A program made the position numbers and the translations under genes. This document shows positions 12,259-26,137 of a DNA stretch of 64,000 nucleotides, one piece after another. The stretch is taken from contig CM075989.1 of NCBI GenBank assembly GCA_038087875.1, forward strand, positions 1,178,001-1,242,000, given 5' to 3'. A model generated the notes under the pieces. The model made no database searches. It was not told the DNA's origin and saw only the letters and a program-made list of their open reading frames with translations. Position 1 is the stretch's first letter. Every line of letters starts with the position of its first letter. The stretch is from Malacoraja senta. Lineage: Eukaryota.

Positions 12259-13549
12259 ACTGATAGGGGGTGGGGAGAAGAAAGGAAAGAAGGAAAAGGC
12301 GGAGGAGGAGCCCGAGGGCTGGGGGAGGGGAGAAGACAACCAGATGGCTGATGAAGGGGAGGGGACAGCCAGGGCTAGCAGAATTGGGAGAATTCAATGT
12401 TCAGGCCACCAGGATGCAGACTGCCCAAGCGGAATAAATATCGCAGATAGTTTGAAATATCCACCAGGTCCGCGCCGACCAGCGATCCCTACACATTAAC
12501 AATATCCTACACACACTGGGGGCAATTTTTTATATTTACCAAGCCAATGTACCTACATACCTTTACATCTTTGGAATGTGGGAGGAAACCGAAGATCTCG
12601 GAGAAAACCCACGCAGTCACGGGGAGAACGTACAAACTCCGTATAGACAGCACCCATAGTTGGGATCAAACCCAGGTCTCCGGTGCTGCAAGCACTGTAA
12701 GGCTGCAACTCTACCGCTGCGCCACCATTATTGATCTCACTACTGCAAGGGATGTGGGGAATAAAAGTAGGGTAGGTTTGATTCCACCCTACAGAACCCT
12801 GGCGAGTATGTACCCAGGGTACAACATATTGTTTGGACTCTATCATCAGGGATGAACATTAGAGATGGAGCAGAGGAGAATCACAAGATTGTTTCTACCT
12901 ACACCGAGGCACAAGTCTGAACATCCACCTCTTGCTGCTCCCCCTCCCCCTCCATCATGCTCTATAGCCATTGAAGTGGTTAGGCAAATTGGGGTCATAC
13001 TCATTGGAGTTTAGACCAATGAGAAATGATATTATGAGATTGTCAGGGGGAACAACAGGGTTGATACTGAGAGGCCACTTCCCCTCGTGGGGCATCTAGA
13101 ACAAGGTGAACTTTTCAGAATCAAGAGTTACCATTTTAGATGGAGGAGAGACTCACCACAGTGGAGAGGCAAGGCAATGACAATCAGGCAAGAAAACTGA
13201 AATCGATTTATTAAACTAAGACTGATAGGAACCAAATATAATTGAAAATATTTGCCTTCAGATGAGACTTAGAGCCCATAAATGCCACATCCTGTGTGTG
13301 TCATGGCTGGTAGACAGCCCACATCATTGTGTGCAAGTAAGCAGGACGTTCTAGTCTTGATCAAAACCACAGGCATCATCCAACTGTTGGCCTTGGTGGC
13401 ATCTGCCTGTCTCAGTTCTTGTGATGGCCACAGTCACAACCAGAGGGTAATCAATTGGACCAAGCACGTAGTGGTATCGCAGTGTAATGAGGCGCTTAGA
13501 GAGGTGCAGGTATTCAGCTTAATCCTGAAATTATGTCCTCTTACTTAAG

Positions 13550-13666
13550 GAAGATGATCTAGAGACAGATCTATCGAGACTGATGCCCAACCCTGAGCTT
13601 GATAGACCTGCGGAGGAGTTGAGACAATATGAACAACTTTGTCCAGAACTTGTTGGATATTTTCAG
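13550..13666 (+). CDS. AGBL1: AGBL1-like exon
   Basis: ttacttaag|GAA...CAG|gtgagt; 117 nt, phase 0-0. EDDLETDLSRLMPNPELDRPAEELRQYEQLCPELVGYFQ resembles AGBL1 'DDLETDVNKL...LDRPEEELMQYE..C.EL'. Confidence 0.9.
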
Positions 13667-14351
13667 GTGAGTTCTTGGAGCTTTCTGGCATTCAATTGGT
13701 GCTTTAATATTAAATTATATTGTGAAATAAATCTATCTTGATGATCAGAGTTAATAGTGACATGAATGTCTGCAGCTTTAGTCACCCTCCAATGCAATGA
13801 TCAGATAGGAAAGGTTTAGAGGGATATGGGCCAAACGCTGGACAAGTTGGGCTGAAGGACGTGTTGTAAACTCTGCCAATTTTAGCCTTTGTATTAATAC
13901 TTAAACCACACATTGATACTCAGTAAAATGGAGTCTATCTCCGCTCTTTATTGCCTTGCAGTTCACTCCATGATCGCTATTACACACCGTGTTCTTAAAA
14001 AGGATGTGTGCAGAGAATTATGAAAGTGAACATAGTAATATAACAGAACATCACTTCAGAAGTTAATCAGCCCATCATTCTTCCCTCTGCCTGTCTCACC
14101 ACTCACCTCTCCTCTGTACACCAGCTATCTTTGAGTCATAGAGAGTGAAACAGTGTGGAAACAGGCCCTTTGGCCCAACTTGCCCACACCGGCCAACATA
14201 TCCCAGCTACACTAGTCCCACCTACTTGCGCTTGGTCCATATCCCTCCAAACTTGCCCTATCCATGTACCTGTCTAACTGTTGGGATAGTCCCAACCTCA
14301 ACTACCTCCTCTGGCAGCTTCTTCCATACACCCACCACCCTTTGTGTGAAT

Positions 14352-14850
14352 CTCCATCGTAGCCCTGAAATCAGACAGCATCTTGACCTGAAATCAGACA
14401 GTCCAGGTGAGTTTGAGGGCAGGATGGAAGTTAGTGGTGAAGATAATGATATCGATGCGTTCTGCACGGGTGTGGGAGGCAGCCCTAATGCAGTCGTCGG
14501 TGTAGTGGAGAATTTGGGGTATAGTGCCAGTGTGCACTTAGAACAAGGATAGTTTGGTGTAACCAAAAAGGCCGGCATAGCTGGGTCCCGTACTAGTACC
14601 CATGCTGCACCTTTCACATGGACAAAGTGAGAGAAGTTGTTGCAGGTGAGGACAAGTTTCACCAGGCGAAGGAGAGTGTTAGGAGAAGGATCTTGGTTGG
14701 GTCTCTGTTGGTGGAAGAAACAGAGGGCTTGAGACCTTGTTGGCGGGGTGGGGGGTGGAGGTGTAGAGGGACTAGACGTTCATGGTAAAGATGAGTGAAT
14801 GGGGCCCTAGAACCTGAAAGTTATTAAAGTGTTGAAGGGTGTGTGAGGTA
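14352..14850 (-). mobile_element. Penelope-like element RT fragment
   Basis: Minus strand KLVLTCNNFSHFVHVKG... (cf. LVLTLNNFSF...KGVAMG) and LHYTDDCI (cf. RYIDD). Inserted into a CR1 fragment. Confidence 0.7.
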
Positions 14851-16094
14851 GACAGTCGGAACCTGTTCCCCAGTGGAAATGTTAAGGAATAAAGGGCACA
14901 TCTTCAAGGTGGGACGGGCAAAGTTTAAAGAAGATGTGTGTATAGGATTATTACACAGAGAGTTGCCTGGCATGCACTACTGGATTTTAGAAAGGCACGG
15001 TTATGTAGGGAATGTGAAGGCAGATGAGATTAGTTTATCTTGGCATCATGTTTACATTGTAGGATGATGTCCTGTTCCTGTGAAGTACTGCTCTATGTTG
15101 TTTGGGATTTTCTTTTAATTCCTTTTCATTCATCACGCCATTGTATGTAATTGCCTTATGAGATTGCGACTGTTAAACCACACAATTAACATTTCAATGT
15201 TTTACCACAGTGTAGGATTTAATTGGTAATATGCACTATTGCACCAAATCCTGAAGAAGGAGATGTGGTGGAGTGCATGTAGCTGTATATGTGGGCAAGA
15301 AAATAACCCCAATTTAAAGACTGACATTCATTAAACAGAATAATTAGGTTTAATTCAATCGGGAATGTAAAATGTTATAACATTCAACTTTTGCAGTTTG
15401 ATATCTTTTGAATTCCTAGATTATATTCTCATTCATTCACAATTTATGATTAGGGATTTATTACTTTATTGAAATGAATTAAAACTTGTGGAGTTCCATG
15501 CGTGTGTGTGTGTAGGCGTCAGTAGTGTAATCTTGCCTTGTCCCAGAAGGACTGTCCCAGCTTCCTTCAAAGTCTCGACCTGTATAAGACTCAAGGACTC
15601 GAATCATTACCTGTCAGCAGTTGGTTAATTTTACTTGCGCAAGGGGAGATGCGTTTCAAAGGCTGTGATCACTTCACCAACGTTAGTCGGCACAACAGTA
15701 TATTCATACACCAAGACAACTATTGCCGATTGTTAATCATTAGGTCTGCACACAATACTCAAAGACGACAACATTTCCATTGTGGAACAGGTTCTGACTG
15801 TGTAGATGTGATCCACAAAGACGAGGACTTAAGTAGATCAATGTGTTAATCACGTTGTTGAGTTTGCACCAAGCACACACAGGTTGTGTATCCCGTGACA
15901 CATTGTGATAGTTACTACAGGCTTTACTTTTGCACTTTGCCTGTCTTTGTCTTGCCATAAAGTGCTCCCGCATCCTCTTTCTAGAGGGATGTGCGTAAGA
16001 AGCTCAAGCTTCCTATCAGAAACTTACCAGAAAGGTAATGGAGATGATGTGGCTGGGAACTTACAAACTCAACGGGACAGGTATCATTACTGGA

Positions 16095-16685
16095 TAGGAA
16101 TGGGTGACGTTATGGGTCGAGACCCTTCTTCAGACTGAGTCAGGGTAGGGGGAGATACAGAGGTAAGGTGTGAAAACGAGACAAAGGTAATGCAGATCAA
16201 GGAAAATGTAGATTAAATAGTTGTTTGCTAGGAGATGGTAATCAGGTAGGCGTAGGAGGACTAAGCGGAGATGTTCAGCGAAACGATCGCCGAGCCTGCT
16301 CTTGGTCTTGCTGGGACAACGGATAGAAACATAGGTGCAGGAGTAGGCCATTCGGCCCTTTAAGCCAGCACTGCCATTCAATATGATCATGGCTGATCAT
16401 CAAAAATCAGTACAATGTTCCTGTTTTTTTCCCCATATCCCTTGATTCCTTTAGACCTAAGAGATAAATCTAACTCTCTCCTGAAAAACATCCAGTGAAT
16501 TGGCCTCCACTGCCTTCTGTGGCAGAGAATTCCAGAGCAGAGAGAAACAGTAGATGAGGTTGGAGGAGATACAAGTGAACCTCTGCCTCACCTGAAAAGA
16601 CTGTCGGGTTCCTTGGACGGAGTCGAGGGGGGAGGTAAAGAGACAAGTGTTGCATCTTCTGTGGTTGCATGGGAAAGTACCTGGG
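16095..16685 (-). mobile_element. Penelope-like GIY-YIG endonuclease region plus pLTR, split by a CR1 3' tail at about 16325-16535
   Basis: PGTFPCNHRRCNTC...RFTCISSNLIYC and KTKSRLGDRFAEHLR; degenerate hammerhead at about 16106-16134. Confidence 0.8.
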
Positions 16686-17885
16686 AACAAAACTTTAAGG
16701 TGAGAAGGGGAAAGCTTAAAGGAGACATGTGGGTCAAGTTTTTGTACACAGAGGGTGGCGAGTGCCTGGAATGTGTTGCTAGGGGTGTTGATTGAGGCAG
16801 ATACAATAGTAGTATTTAAGAGGTTTTTGTATAGGCATCGGATGTGCAGGGAATGGAGGGGTAGGGATTATGTGCAGGCAGATAATTGGTCTTGGAATCA
16901 TGTTTGGCGCAGATGTTGTGGTCGAAGGGCCTCTGATGCAGTATTGTTCGATATTCTATGTTCTATAATTACAGGAACTTCATCAGCTGGGCAAGTGGGC
17001 TGAGGAATTGAGTTTAATTCAAGTTAATGTCAGATGTTGCATTTTGGGAAAACTAACCAGGGCAGAACCTTCACTGTGAGTAGTGTTGCAGAGCAGAGGG
17101 ATCTAGACGTGTATAGTTGCCTGAATGTGGCATCACAACGGAGAAGAAGATGAAGATGGTTGGTGAAGAAGATTTTTGGCATGTGGGCCTTCATCAGTGG
17201 GAGTACTGAGTGTAGAATTTGGGTTGTTATGTTACAGTTTACAAGCCTTTGATGGAACCATACTTAAAACCATGTCTTCAATTTTGGTCACCCAGCAATA
17301 AGAAAATTACCATTAAGCTGGCGAGAGTGCTGGAAAGATTTATGAAGATGTTGCCAGTACTCAAGGGATTGAGGTACAGGTTTGGGTTGGGTAGGACATC
17401 ATTCGTTAGTGCGCAGGAGACTGTGGAGCAATGCAGAGGTGTATAAAATCCTACAGGTGAATGCAGTTTTTTACCCAGGTAAGGGAATCAAGAACCAAAG
17501 GACATAGGTTGAAGGTGAGAGGAGAAAGATTTAAACTGAACCTGTGGGTTAACTTTGATGTCTTTGTTGCCAGTTTATGGATGATACGAAGATAGGTGGA
17601 GGGGCAGGTATTGTTGAGGAAGGAGGGAGTCTGCAGAAGGACTTGGACAAGTTGGAAGAGTGGCCAAAGAATCTCATAGCGTAGAATACAGCGTAGCAAA
17701 GTGTGCGGTCATGCACTTTGGTAAAAGGAATAAGACAAAGATTATTTTCTAAATAGGGAGAAGATTTAGAAATAAGATTTAGAAATAGGAGGTGCAAAGG
17801 GGCTTGGGATTGCTGATGCAGGATTCCATAAAGTTTAATTTGCAGGTTGAGTCGGTAGCAAGGAAGGCAAATGCACTGTTAGCTT

Positions 17886-19930
17886 CCATCCGTGGATAAC
17901 AAGGGAAATCAGGAATAGTATCAAAGCAAAAGATGATGCGTACAAATTAGCCAGAAAAAGCAGCATACCAAAGGACTGGGAGAAATTCAGAGACCAGCAG
18001 AGGAGGACAAAGGGCTTAATTAGGAAAGGGAAAATAGATTATGAAAGGAAACTGGCAGGGAACATTAAAACTGACTGCAAAAGTTTTTATAGATATGTGA
18101 AGAGAAAGAGATTAGTTAAAACAAATGTAGGTCCCTTGCAGTCAGAAACAGGTGAATTGATCATGGGGAACAAGGATATGGCGGACCAATTGAATAACTA
18201 CTTTGGTTCCGTCTTCACTAAGGAAGACATAAATAATCTGCCGGAAATAGCAGGGGGCCGCGGGTCAAAGGAGATGGAGGAGCTGAGTGAAATCCAGGTT
18301 AGTCGGGAAGTGGTGTTGGGTAAATTGAATGGATTAAAGGCCGATAAATCACCAGGGCCAGATAGGCTGCATCCCAGAGTACTTAAGGAAGTAGCTCCAG
18401 AAATAGTGGATGCATTAGTGATCATTTTTCAAAACTCTTTAGATTCTGGAGTAGTTCCTGAGGATTGGAAGGTAGCAAACGTAACCCCACTTTTTAAGAA
18501 GGGTGGGAGAGAGAAAACGGGGAATTACAGACCAGTTAGTCTAACATCGGTAGTGGGGAAACTGCTAGAGTCAGTTATTAAAGATGGGATAGCAGCACAT
18601 TTGGAAAGTGGTGAAATCATTGGACAAAGTCAGCATGGATTTACGAAAGGTAAATCGTGTCTGACGAATCTTATAGAATTTTTCGAGGATGTAACGAGTA
18701 GAGTGGATAGGGGAGAACCAGTGGATGTGTTGTATCTGGACTTTCAGAAGGCTTTCGACAAGGTACCACATAAGAGATTAGGATACAAACTTAAATCACA
18801 CGGTATTGGGGGTTCAGTATTGATGTGGATAGAGAACTGGCTGGCAAGCAGGAAGCAAAGAGTAGGAGTAAACGGGTCCTTTTCACAATGGCAGGCAGTG
18901 ACTAGTGGGGTACCGCAAGGCTCAATGCTGGGACCCCAGCTATTTACAATTTATATTAATGAACTGGATGAGGGAATTGAAAGCAACATCTCCAAGTTTG
19001 CGGATGACACTAAGCCGGGGGGCAGTGTTAGCTGTGAGGAGGATGCTAGGAGACTGCAAGGTGACTTGGATAGGCTGGGTGAGTGGGCAAATGTTTGGCA
19101 GATGCAGTATAATGTGGATAAATGTGAGGTTATCCACTTTGGTGGCAAAAACGGGAAGGCAGACGATTATCTAAATGGTGGCCGATTAGGAAATGGGGAG
19201 ATGCAGCGAGACCTGGGTGTCATGGTACACCAGTCATTGAAAGTAGGCATGCAGGTGCAGCAGGCAGTGAAGAAAGCGAATGGTATGTTGGCTTTCATAG
19301 CAAGAGGATTTGAGTATAGGAGGAGGGAGGTTCTACTGCAGTTGTACAGGGTCTTGGTGAGACCACACCTGGAGTATTGCGTACAGTTTTGGTCTCCAAA
19401 TCTGAGGAAGGACATTATAGCCATAGAGGGAGTGCAGAGAAGGTTCACCAGACTGACTCCTGGGATGTCAGGACTTTCATATGAAGAAAGACTGGATAGA
19501 CTTGGCTTATACTCGCTAGAATTTAGGAGATTGAGAGGGGATCTTATAGAAACTTACAAAATTCTTATGGGGTTGGACAGGCTCGATGCAGGAAGATTGT
19601 TCCCGATGTTGGGGAAGTCCAGGACAAGGGGTCACAGCTTAAGGATAAGGGGGAAATCCGTTAAGACCGAGATGAGGAAAAACTTTTTCACACAGAGAGT
19701 GGTGAATCTCTGGAACTCTCTGCCACAGAGGGTGTTGAGGCCAGTTCATTGGCTATATTTAAGAGGGAGTTAGATGTGGCCCTTGTGGCTAAAGGGATCA
19801 GGGGGTATGGAGAGAAGGCAGGTACGGGATACTGAGTTGGATGATCAGCCATGATCATATTGAATGGCGGTGCAGGCTCGAAGGGCCGAATGGCCTACTC
19901 CTGCACCTATTTTCTATGTATCTATGTATC
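17886..19930 (+). mobile_element. CR1 LINE, 5'-truncated, with an uninterrupted 558-aa RT ORF (18097-19773)
   Basis: [37 protein letters not shown] and RPHLEYC motifs; (tctatgt)-like tail. Confidence 0.95.
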
Positions 19931-20185
19931 TATTCACAGGAACAGAATATAAAAACAGGGATGTAATGCTGAGGCTCTATAAGGCGCTGGTCAGGCCACA
20001 TTTGGAGTATCGTGAGCAATTTCTGGCACCGTATCTGCTGAAGGAAGTGCTGGCTTTGGAGAGAGTCCAGAGAAGGTTTACCAGAATGATCCCATAGATG
20101 ATCAAGTTAACATATGATCCCAATCACAATAATACTTTATTAGCCGAGTATGTTTTGCAACATATGAGGAATTTCATTTGCCAAG

Positions 20186-20875
20186 TCAAAGGACAAAGGA
20201 CAAAGGACATTTATTGTCATACACCAATTGGTGCAGTGAAATTTGAGTTTCCATTTGCAGCACACCAATAAAAATGAAACACTGTGATGGAAGGTAAAGT
20301 CTTTTCTCTCCCCTGCACCATTTTTCTCCCGATGTTGAAGCCCCAGGCGGGCAATGTTAAGTCCCACGGTCCTTGAGGCCGCGCCGGGTGGTGTACAGCC
20401 TCGCTCCGGGGCCAAAGTCACAAGTTGGAGCCCCGGCGGGCACTGCAATGTCCCGCGGCTTTAACATTAAAGCCGCGCCGGGCGATTTACGGCCCCGCTC
20501 CGGGTCGTTCCAACCCCGCGACTCGGGCTGGAGAAGTTGCGTTGCGGGAGCTCCGGAAAGCGGTCTCTCACCGGGACCCGCGAGCTCCCGATGTCCCAGT
20601 CCACCGGTCGGCAGCTGGAGCCTCCGAGCTCTGGAGTGAGCAGCAACGAGCCACCACCGCTCCCCACGCTCTGAGGAAGGCCAGTCCCACGATGGTGAGT
20701 CCGCAGCTCCGCAGGCTCCATGGCTGGAGCCCCCAGGTCGTTCCGGTTGGAGGCCGCTCCACGGAGCTAGGCCCCAACGACAACGGAGACCCGACAGGGA
20801 AACGGTCGGGTCTCCCGTGCAGAGAAGAGATTTTTTTAAAGTTACCCCCTCCCCCGCCCCCCACATATACACAAT
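20186..20875 (-). mobile_element. CpG-rich unclassified retroposon with a tandem (tcctttg)n tail
   Basis: Minus-strand end ...gtatgacaataaatgtcctttgtcctttgtcctttg; GC/CpG-rich body in otherwise CpG-poor DNA. Confidence 0.5.
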
Positions 20876-22890
20876 TATGACAGTCCCGTCATCCCGGGAA
20901 TTAATCTTGTGAACCATCCTCATAGCATCCTCCTCACAGTTCACACTGCCACCCAACTTTGCGTCATCTGCGAATTTGCTAATGTTACTTTTAATCCCTT
21001 CATGTAAACCATTAATGTATTTTAATCCCTTCATCTAAATCATTAATGTAAGATCCAGTGAATGATTTAATTGGCACCAGTTTAGTTTTGTTTCGAGATA
21101 CAGCATGGAAACAGCCCTTCAACCCACCAAGTCCACGCCAACCAATGCTCACCCATATACCACTAGCCTACACACTACGGATGATTTACAGAAGATAATG
21201 AATCTACAAACATGCATGTCTTTGGAATGTGGGAGGAAACCGGAGCAACCAGAGAAAACCCACACGGTCACTGCTGGTGCAGTTTATACGGAGTTTGAAG
21301 GGAGAGGGTATAAACCCCATACGGCCAGCACCCGTAGTCAGGATCAAACCCAGTCTCTGGCGCTGTAAAGCAGCAACTCCACCGCTGTGCCACTGTGCCA
21401 CCCTGAGGGGCTACATTCTCACTCAGTGGATGTGAAATGAGCTGCCAAAGGAGGTGTTTGGGGCAGTTACTATAACAGCATTTAAGAGACAAGTATCGTG
21501 GAGAGGTACATAGAGTGGAATGGCTTAGAAAGAAATGAGCTAAACACGGGCAAAATGGGTCCAGCTTACATGAGGCATCTTGGTCAGCATTTTGAGCCGA
21601 AAGGCAGTTTCCCTGCTGTATGACTCTATGCTACGACAAAGATATCCTGCAGGGTTCCAGGCATGAGACTAAACCTACGACCTGTGTAAGCGGAGTAGCG
21701 ATTTACTTGCGACAATGAAGCATTAGTGCCTAGATCGAGGCACCAATGTTCTGATGACTGACATCTGCTGGATTTGTCACAAGAGGCACTGAGCATGCCG
21801 TGAGGCAGGAAGCACAAATCAGGGCACAATATAAGAGGATTGTTTGAACGAGATGTAAATTTTACAATCCTTGCAGGGTTGAAATTGTACGGAAGTGAAT
21901 CATTCCGAATTGTCTGTCTTTGTCTTGGGATCACACAACAGTAGCAAGGATTGACCTGCTGAAGTCTGTTGCCAGGAAACTATTCCACTGCCCATTGTCC
22001 TGTTATTTTGTGTTAACATGCAAATTATAATGTTGAGGGAGTGTGTGATGTAGGTACTTTATTTTTAAATTAATGAATAATATAGGAATCTGCTTGAGCA
22101 AAATGTCATTGAGTTGGAAATTAATTAGTCCAATGGGGAGTCTGTGATGAGGATTCTGTCAAATTCATTTAAATAGTTCTCCTGATTAGTTTCACTGTTG
22201 TCTGGAAAAACATTTATTCTTAAATGAAGTGCTTGCCATACTGCTTTATAATGAATCCAAGCAGCATAATTGTGGAGTCCGTTAATCAGAATTAATTAGA
22301 TTAAATGAAATGAAAAAAGGTTGGTGGAATTTTATTGACAATTTCTTATACTAACAACCACAGTAAAACATCGACATTACTGCAACAGATACTTCACAGA
22401 AACTGTCCCTAGTTGGATAAACCAGAATAACGTTTATTTCGTTATTCTGGTAACATATTTAACTGTGAAGCATGAAGGCAGGCTTGGAGAAGTTGTGTGT
22501 CCTCTGGTTCCTTGCACTGTGCACACTCTTAACAGAAGGGAGAATGGAGACAGAACTGAGAGATTTGGATAAATATTTGGAGCAGGGAAATGCACAGCTG
22601 CAGGGAGAAGGCTAACTGATGGAATTGATTTTTTTTTATCCTGAGCAAATTGCTTGGCAAGACAAGGAATGCGTGTCCCAGTGACAGTGGTGCAGCTGGT
22701 AGAGGTGCTGCCTCACCACGCCAGATACGCAGGTTCGATACTTGCCTTAGATACTGCCTGTGAGGAGTTTGCACGTTCTCTCCATGACTATGTTGGTTTC
22801 CTCCGAGTGCTCCAGTTTCCTCTCATCCCAAAGCCATGCGGGTTTGTAGGTTATTTGGCCTCTCTAAATTGCCCCTACTGTGCAATCAGT

Positions 22891-22918
22891 CTGAAGAAGG
22901 GTCTCGACCCGAAACGTC
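22891..22918 (+). ncRNA. Minimal type-I hammerhead ribozyme motif
   Basis: cagt-CTGAAGAAGGGTCTCGACCCGAAACGTC-accc, followed by the same pLTR-like arm (gatgctgcctgtccc...gagttactccagca). Confidence 0.72.
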
Positions 22919-23887
22919 ACCCATTCCTTCTCTACGGAGATGCTGCCTGTCCCACTGAGTTACTCCAGCATTTTGTGTCTATCTTCGGTTTAAACCAGCA
23001 TCTGGAGTTCCTTCCTACGCATAGAACGGGTGATCGGTGATCAGAGTGGACTTGGTTAGTCGAAGGATCTGTGTCAATCAATTCCAGTCTTCTTCCTCCC
23101 ACACAAGGTCCCACACATCCCATGTGATCAAGGTCCCACACATCCCATGTTCTGGCCAGCAATTTACTTGGGAAATTCCAAAATGAATTTGGGAGAGATC
23201 ATGTGGTGGAAGTATAGATATGTGTGAGTATATCATGTTAAGAGCTGAGTGAATGGTGTTGTATGACCTCTGTTACATTGTTGTACCACCCACTGCTGTT
23301 AACTGGTTGAAAACTGCCTTCAATAAAGAATGTTTGCAAGTTGGTCGATCCTGTTATGCTGCCTTTGTGAGCAAGAACACTAAATAGTGTGCCAATACGT
23401 CAGAGGTATTTTCTGGATATAAAGTTTGGATATTGCAGATATTGTTATAACTGTGCAGTCAATCAAACTTCAACAACTTTATCTCGATTCTAAAGAAGTA
23501 ACTAACAAATATTTGGTGAATCTGTGAAATCTGTGGCCCCAGAAGGCTGTGGAGACCGTCAATGGATATTTTTATGGCAGAGATAGATTCTTAATTAGTA
23601 CAGGTGTCAGGGGTGATGGGGAGAAGGCAGGAGAACGGCATTAGGAGGGAAAGATAGATCGGTCATGATTGAATGGCAGAATAGACTTAATGGGCCAAAT
23701 GGCCTAATTCTGCTACGATCACTTATGAGCCCGAATTTTAAAAAAGTGCTGGAGTAACTCAACAGATCAGACAGGATCCCTGGAGACCATGGATAGACAA
23801 CGTTTTGGGTCGGGACCCATCCTCAGATTGATAGTACTAGGTGGGGGGAAATCTAACTAATGTATATTTACATTTTAATCACTGCAG

Positions 23888-24519
23888 GATTCAGACCTGG
23901 ATGACCAAAGTCTCCAAGATGAGGACACACCGTGTTCCATGGTCTTCACACCATCAGGTCCTCTACATCAGGAGGACTCCAGAGTGTGGCACAGAGATGG
24001 TTTTGGGGAAGATTCACCAAAGCCGCACAACCCGTTTAGAAACAGAACTCATCGGACATCTGCATCCACATCCACATCTGGCATTGGGGGAGAAGGTGGA
24101 CCCAACGGATTGCCAAAGAATCATTTCACACATCCAGCTACACCCAGCATCACGAACCATTCAAAGGATAAAATGAACCAAATGCATTTCAACATTCAGA
24201 AGGGTGGTGCGGACCTAATGAGAATAAACCCAGCTTTACACAGCCCGCACGCACACAGTGGTGCTTGTGAGAAACATGGCGGCGCCCTCAATCCAAGTTG
24301 GGCCATTGGTGGAGAGCACGAGTGTCAGAATTCTGTACATAAACTTCTAAAAGTCTGCAAGGAACTAATTCCTTTCCACGACCCATATATTTACACCATC
24401 AAATCCGAGGAAACAAAGTCAGTGGCTAATTATAAAACCTTGGCATTCCCAGATTATTGGGGTCACGTACCACCACACTCCAAAGAGCCGCTGGTGGGTC
24501 GGTGGTGCGGAGGTCAAAG
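23888..24519 (+). CDS. AGBL1: AGBL1-like large exon
   Basis: actgcag|GAT...CAAAG|gtaagt; 632 nt open, phase 0 to 2. Ends IPFHDPYIY...LAFPDYWGHVPPHSKEPLVGRWCGGQR; AFPD.WGH and CG.QR favour CCP4. Confidence 0.92.
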
Positions 24520-24610
24520 GTAAGTCGCTGCTTTTATGAAGTTCTTTATAATGTTTGTTTAATTCTTAAAAAGACAATTTCTACTGTTATTCACTGTAAG
24601 AAGTTCTTAA

Positions 24611-24899
24611 TGTCCCTGTCCCACTTAGGAAACCTGAACGGAGACCTCTGGAGACTTTGCGCCCCACCCAAGGTTTCCGTGCGGTTCCCGGAGGTTTTTG
24701 TCAGTCTCCCTAATGGTCGAAAGTGGTTTCCGCTTCTTCTATGTTCCGGCGATTATTTCAAAAAATTCAAAACCGCCCGCGACTAAAAATAGGTTGCCAT
24801 TTTTAAAATCGGTAATTTTTTAGTCGAAGCCGGTTGCGATGCTAGTTGAAGGTGGTTGCCGGAGGTTGCAGGTAGTAGAAGGTCTACCTGCAACCTCCG
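24611..24899. mobile_element. PIF/Harbinger-like MITE fragment (one TIR)
   Basis: taa|tgtccctgtcccact shares its tip with the complete MITEs at 39803 and 43126; ends at a CR1 tail. Confidence 0.6.
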
Positions 24900-26137
24900 G
24901 TGTGGAAACAGGCCCTTCGGCCCAACTCTCCCACATCGACCAACATGTCCCATCTACACTTGTCCCATTTTCCTGCAATTGGTCCATATCCCTCTGAACC
25001 TGTACTATCCGTGTATCTGTCTAACTGTTTCTTAAACGTTGGGATAGTCCCAGCCTCAACTACCGCAGCTTGTTCCATAGACCAACCAGGTTCCTATGAA
25101 ATCTTTCCCCCTTCTGCTTAAACCTATGTCCTTGATTTCCTAACTCGGGTCAAGAGACTCTGTGGGTCTACTCGATGTATTCCTCTCATGATTTTATATA
25201 CATGTGAATACTTTGTCAGTAGCCGCACACAGAACTGTAGCAATGACGTGTAGCTACCTTTACATGGACAGCACCTTCACTTGAACAGGGACTGACATTA
25301 TTCCTATCCATCGGCTTATCTAGTAGGAAGGAACTGCAGATGCTGGTTTAAACCGAAGATTGACATAAAAAGCTGGAGTAACTCAGCGGGACAGGTAGTA
25401 TCTCTGGAGAGAAGGAATGGGTGATGTTTTGGGTCAAGATCCTTCTGTCCTGCTGAGTTACTCCAGCTTTTTGTGTCCATTATCGGCTTATCTTGTTCTA
25501 TTGAGTGCAGGAGGCAGTGGGAGAGGGAAAGTTGTGAAGAAACACTGAAGTTATGTTATACCTCTCCTGAAGCAGGTGAATGTTTAAACGCATCGGTTTT
25601 GATTAACTAGACGGCTTTGTCCCAGATGGCGTCACACATTTGTGGCATTCTTGCAGCTTTGCACAGCCAGGCAAGTGGAGTTTGTGTTATTACAGTCCTT
25701 GTAGGTGGTGGATAGGCTTTGGCAAGTCTGTAAGTGAGTCTCAGACGTAGAACAGCCAGTCTCTGCTCCATGTTGGTGGCATTGGTGGCCTCCCTAGTTA
25801 TCTGGACAGTGGAGGACTTGGCAATGCATGTATTTAATTAATTACAGTCTGTTTTGCTGGAGATAGTCACAGTCTGCCTCCTGCCATTTATCAGCCCTAC
25901 AACATATGAGACTTGGGTCTTGCTGATAGCGGGCACACTCTATTCTATTGTCTGAAGATTAGCGAATGGACCTGAACTCAGTATTCACTGACCTTACAGT
26001 GGAGGCAAGATTATTGAAGGGCACCTCTAGCTACGTCAATGCAGCTGCCCATATCACATATGTAACAAACTGGGAGGTGAATGTGATTAACCTGCAACAC
26101 CCACAACTTCCTTCTTCCAGTTAAACTTGACTCCAGT

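Noticed and set aside
18097..19773. 558-aa ORF as a host gene or active LINE
   Set aside because: It is a CR1 ORF2 lacking the endonuclease and promoter (5'-truncated) and frameshifted near its C-terminus.
20340..20860. CpG-island promoter or GC-rich gene
   Set aside because: Bounded by a retroposon-type tail and nested among repeats; the ORFs have no recognisable domain.
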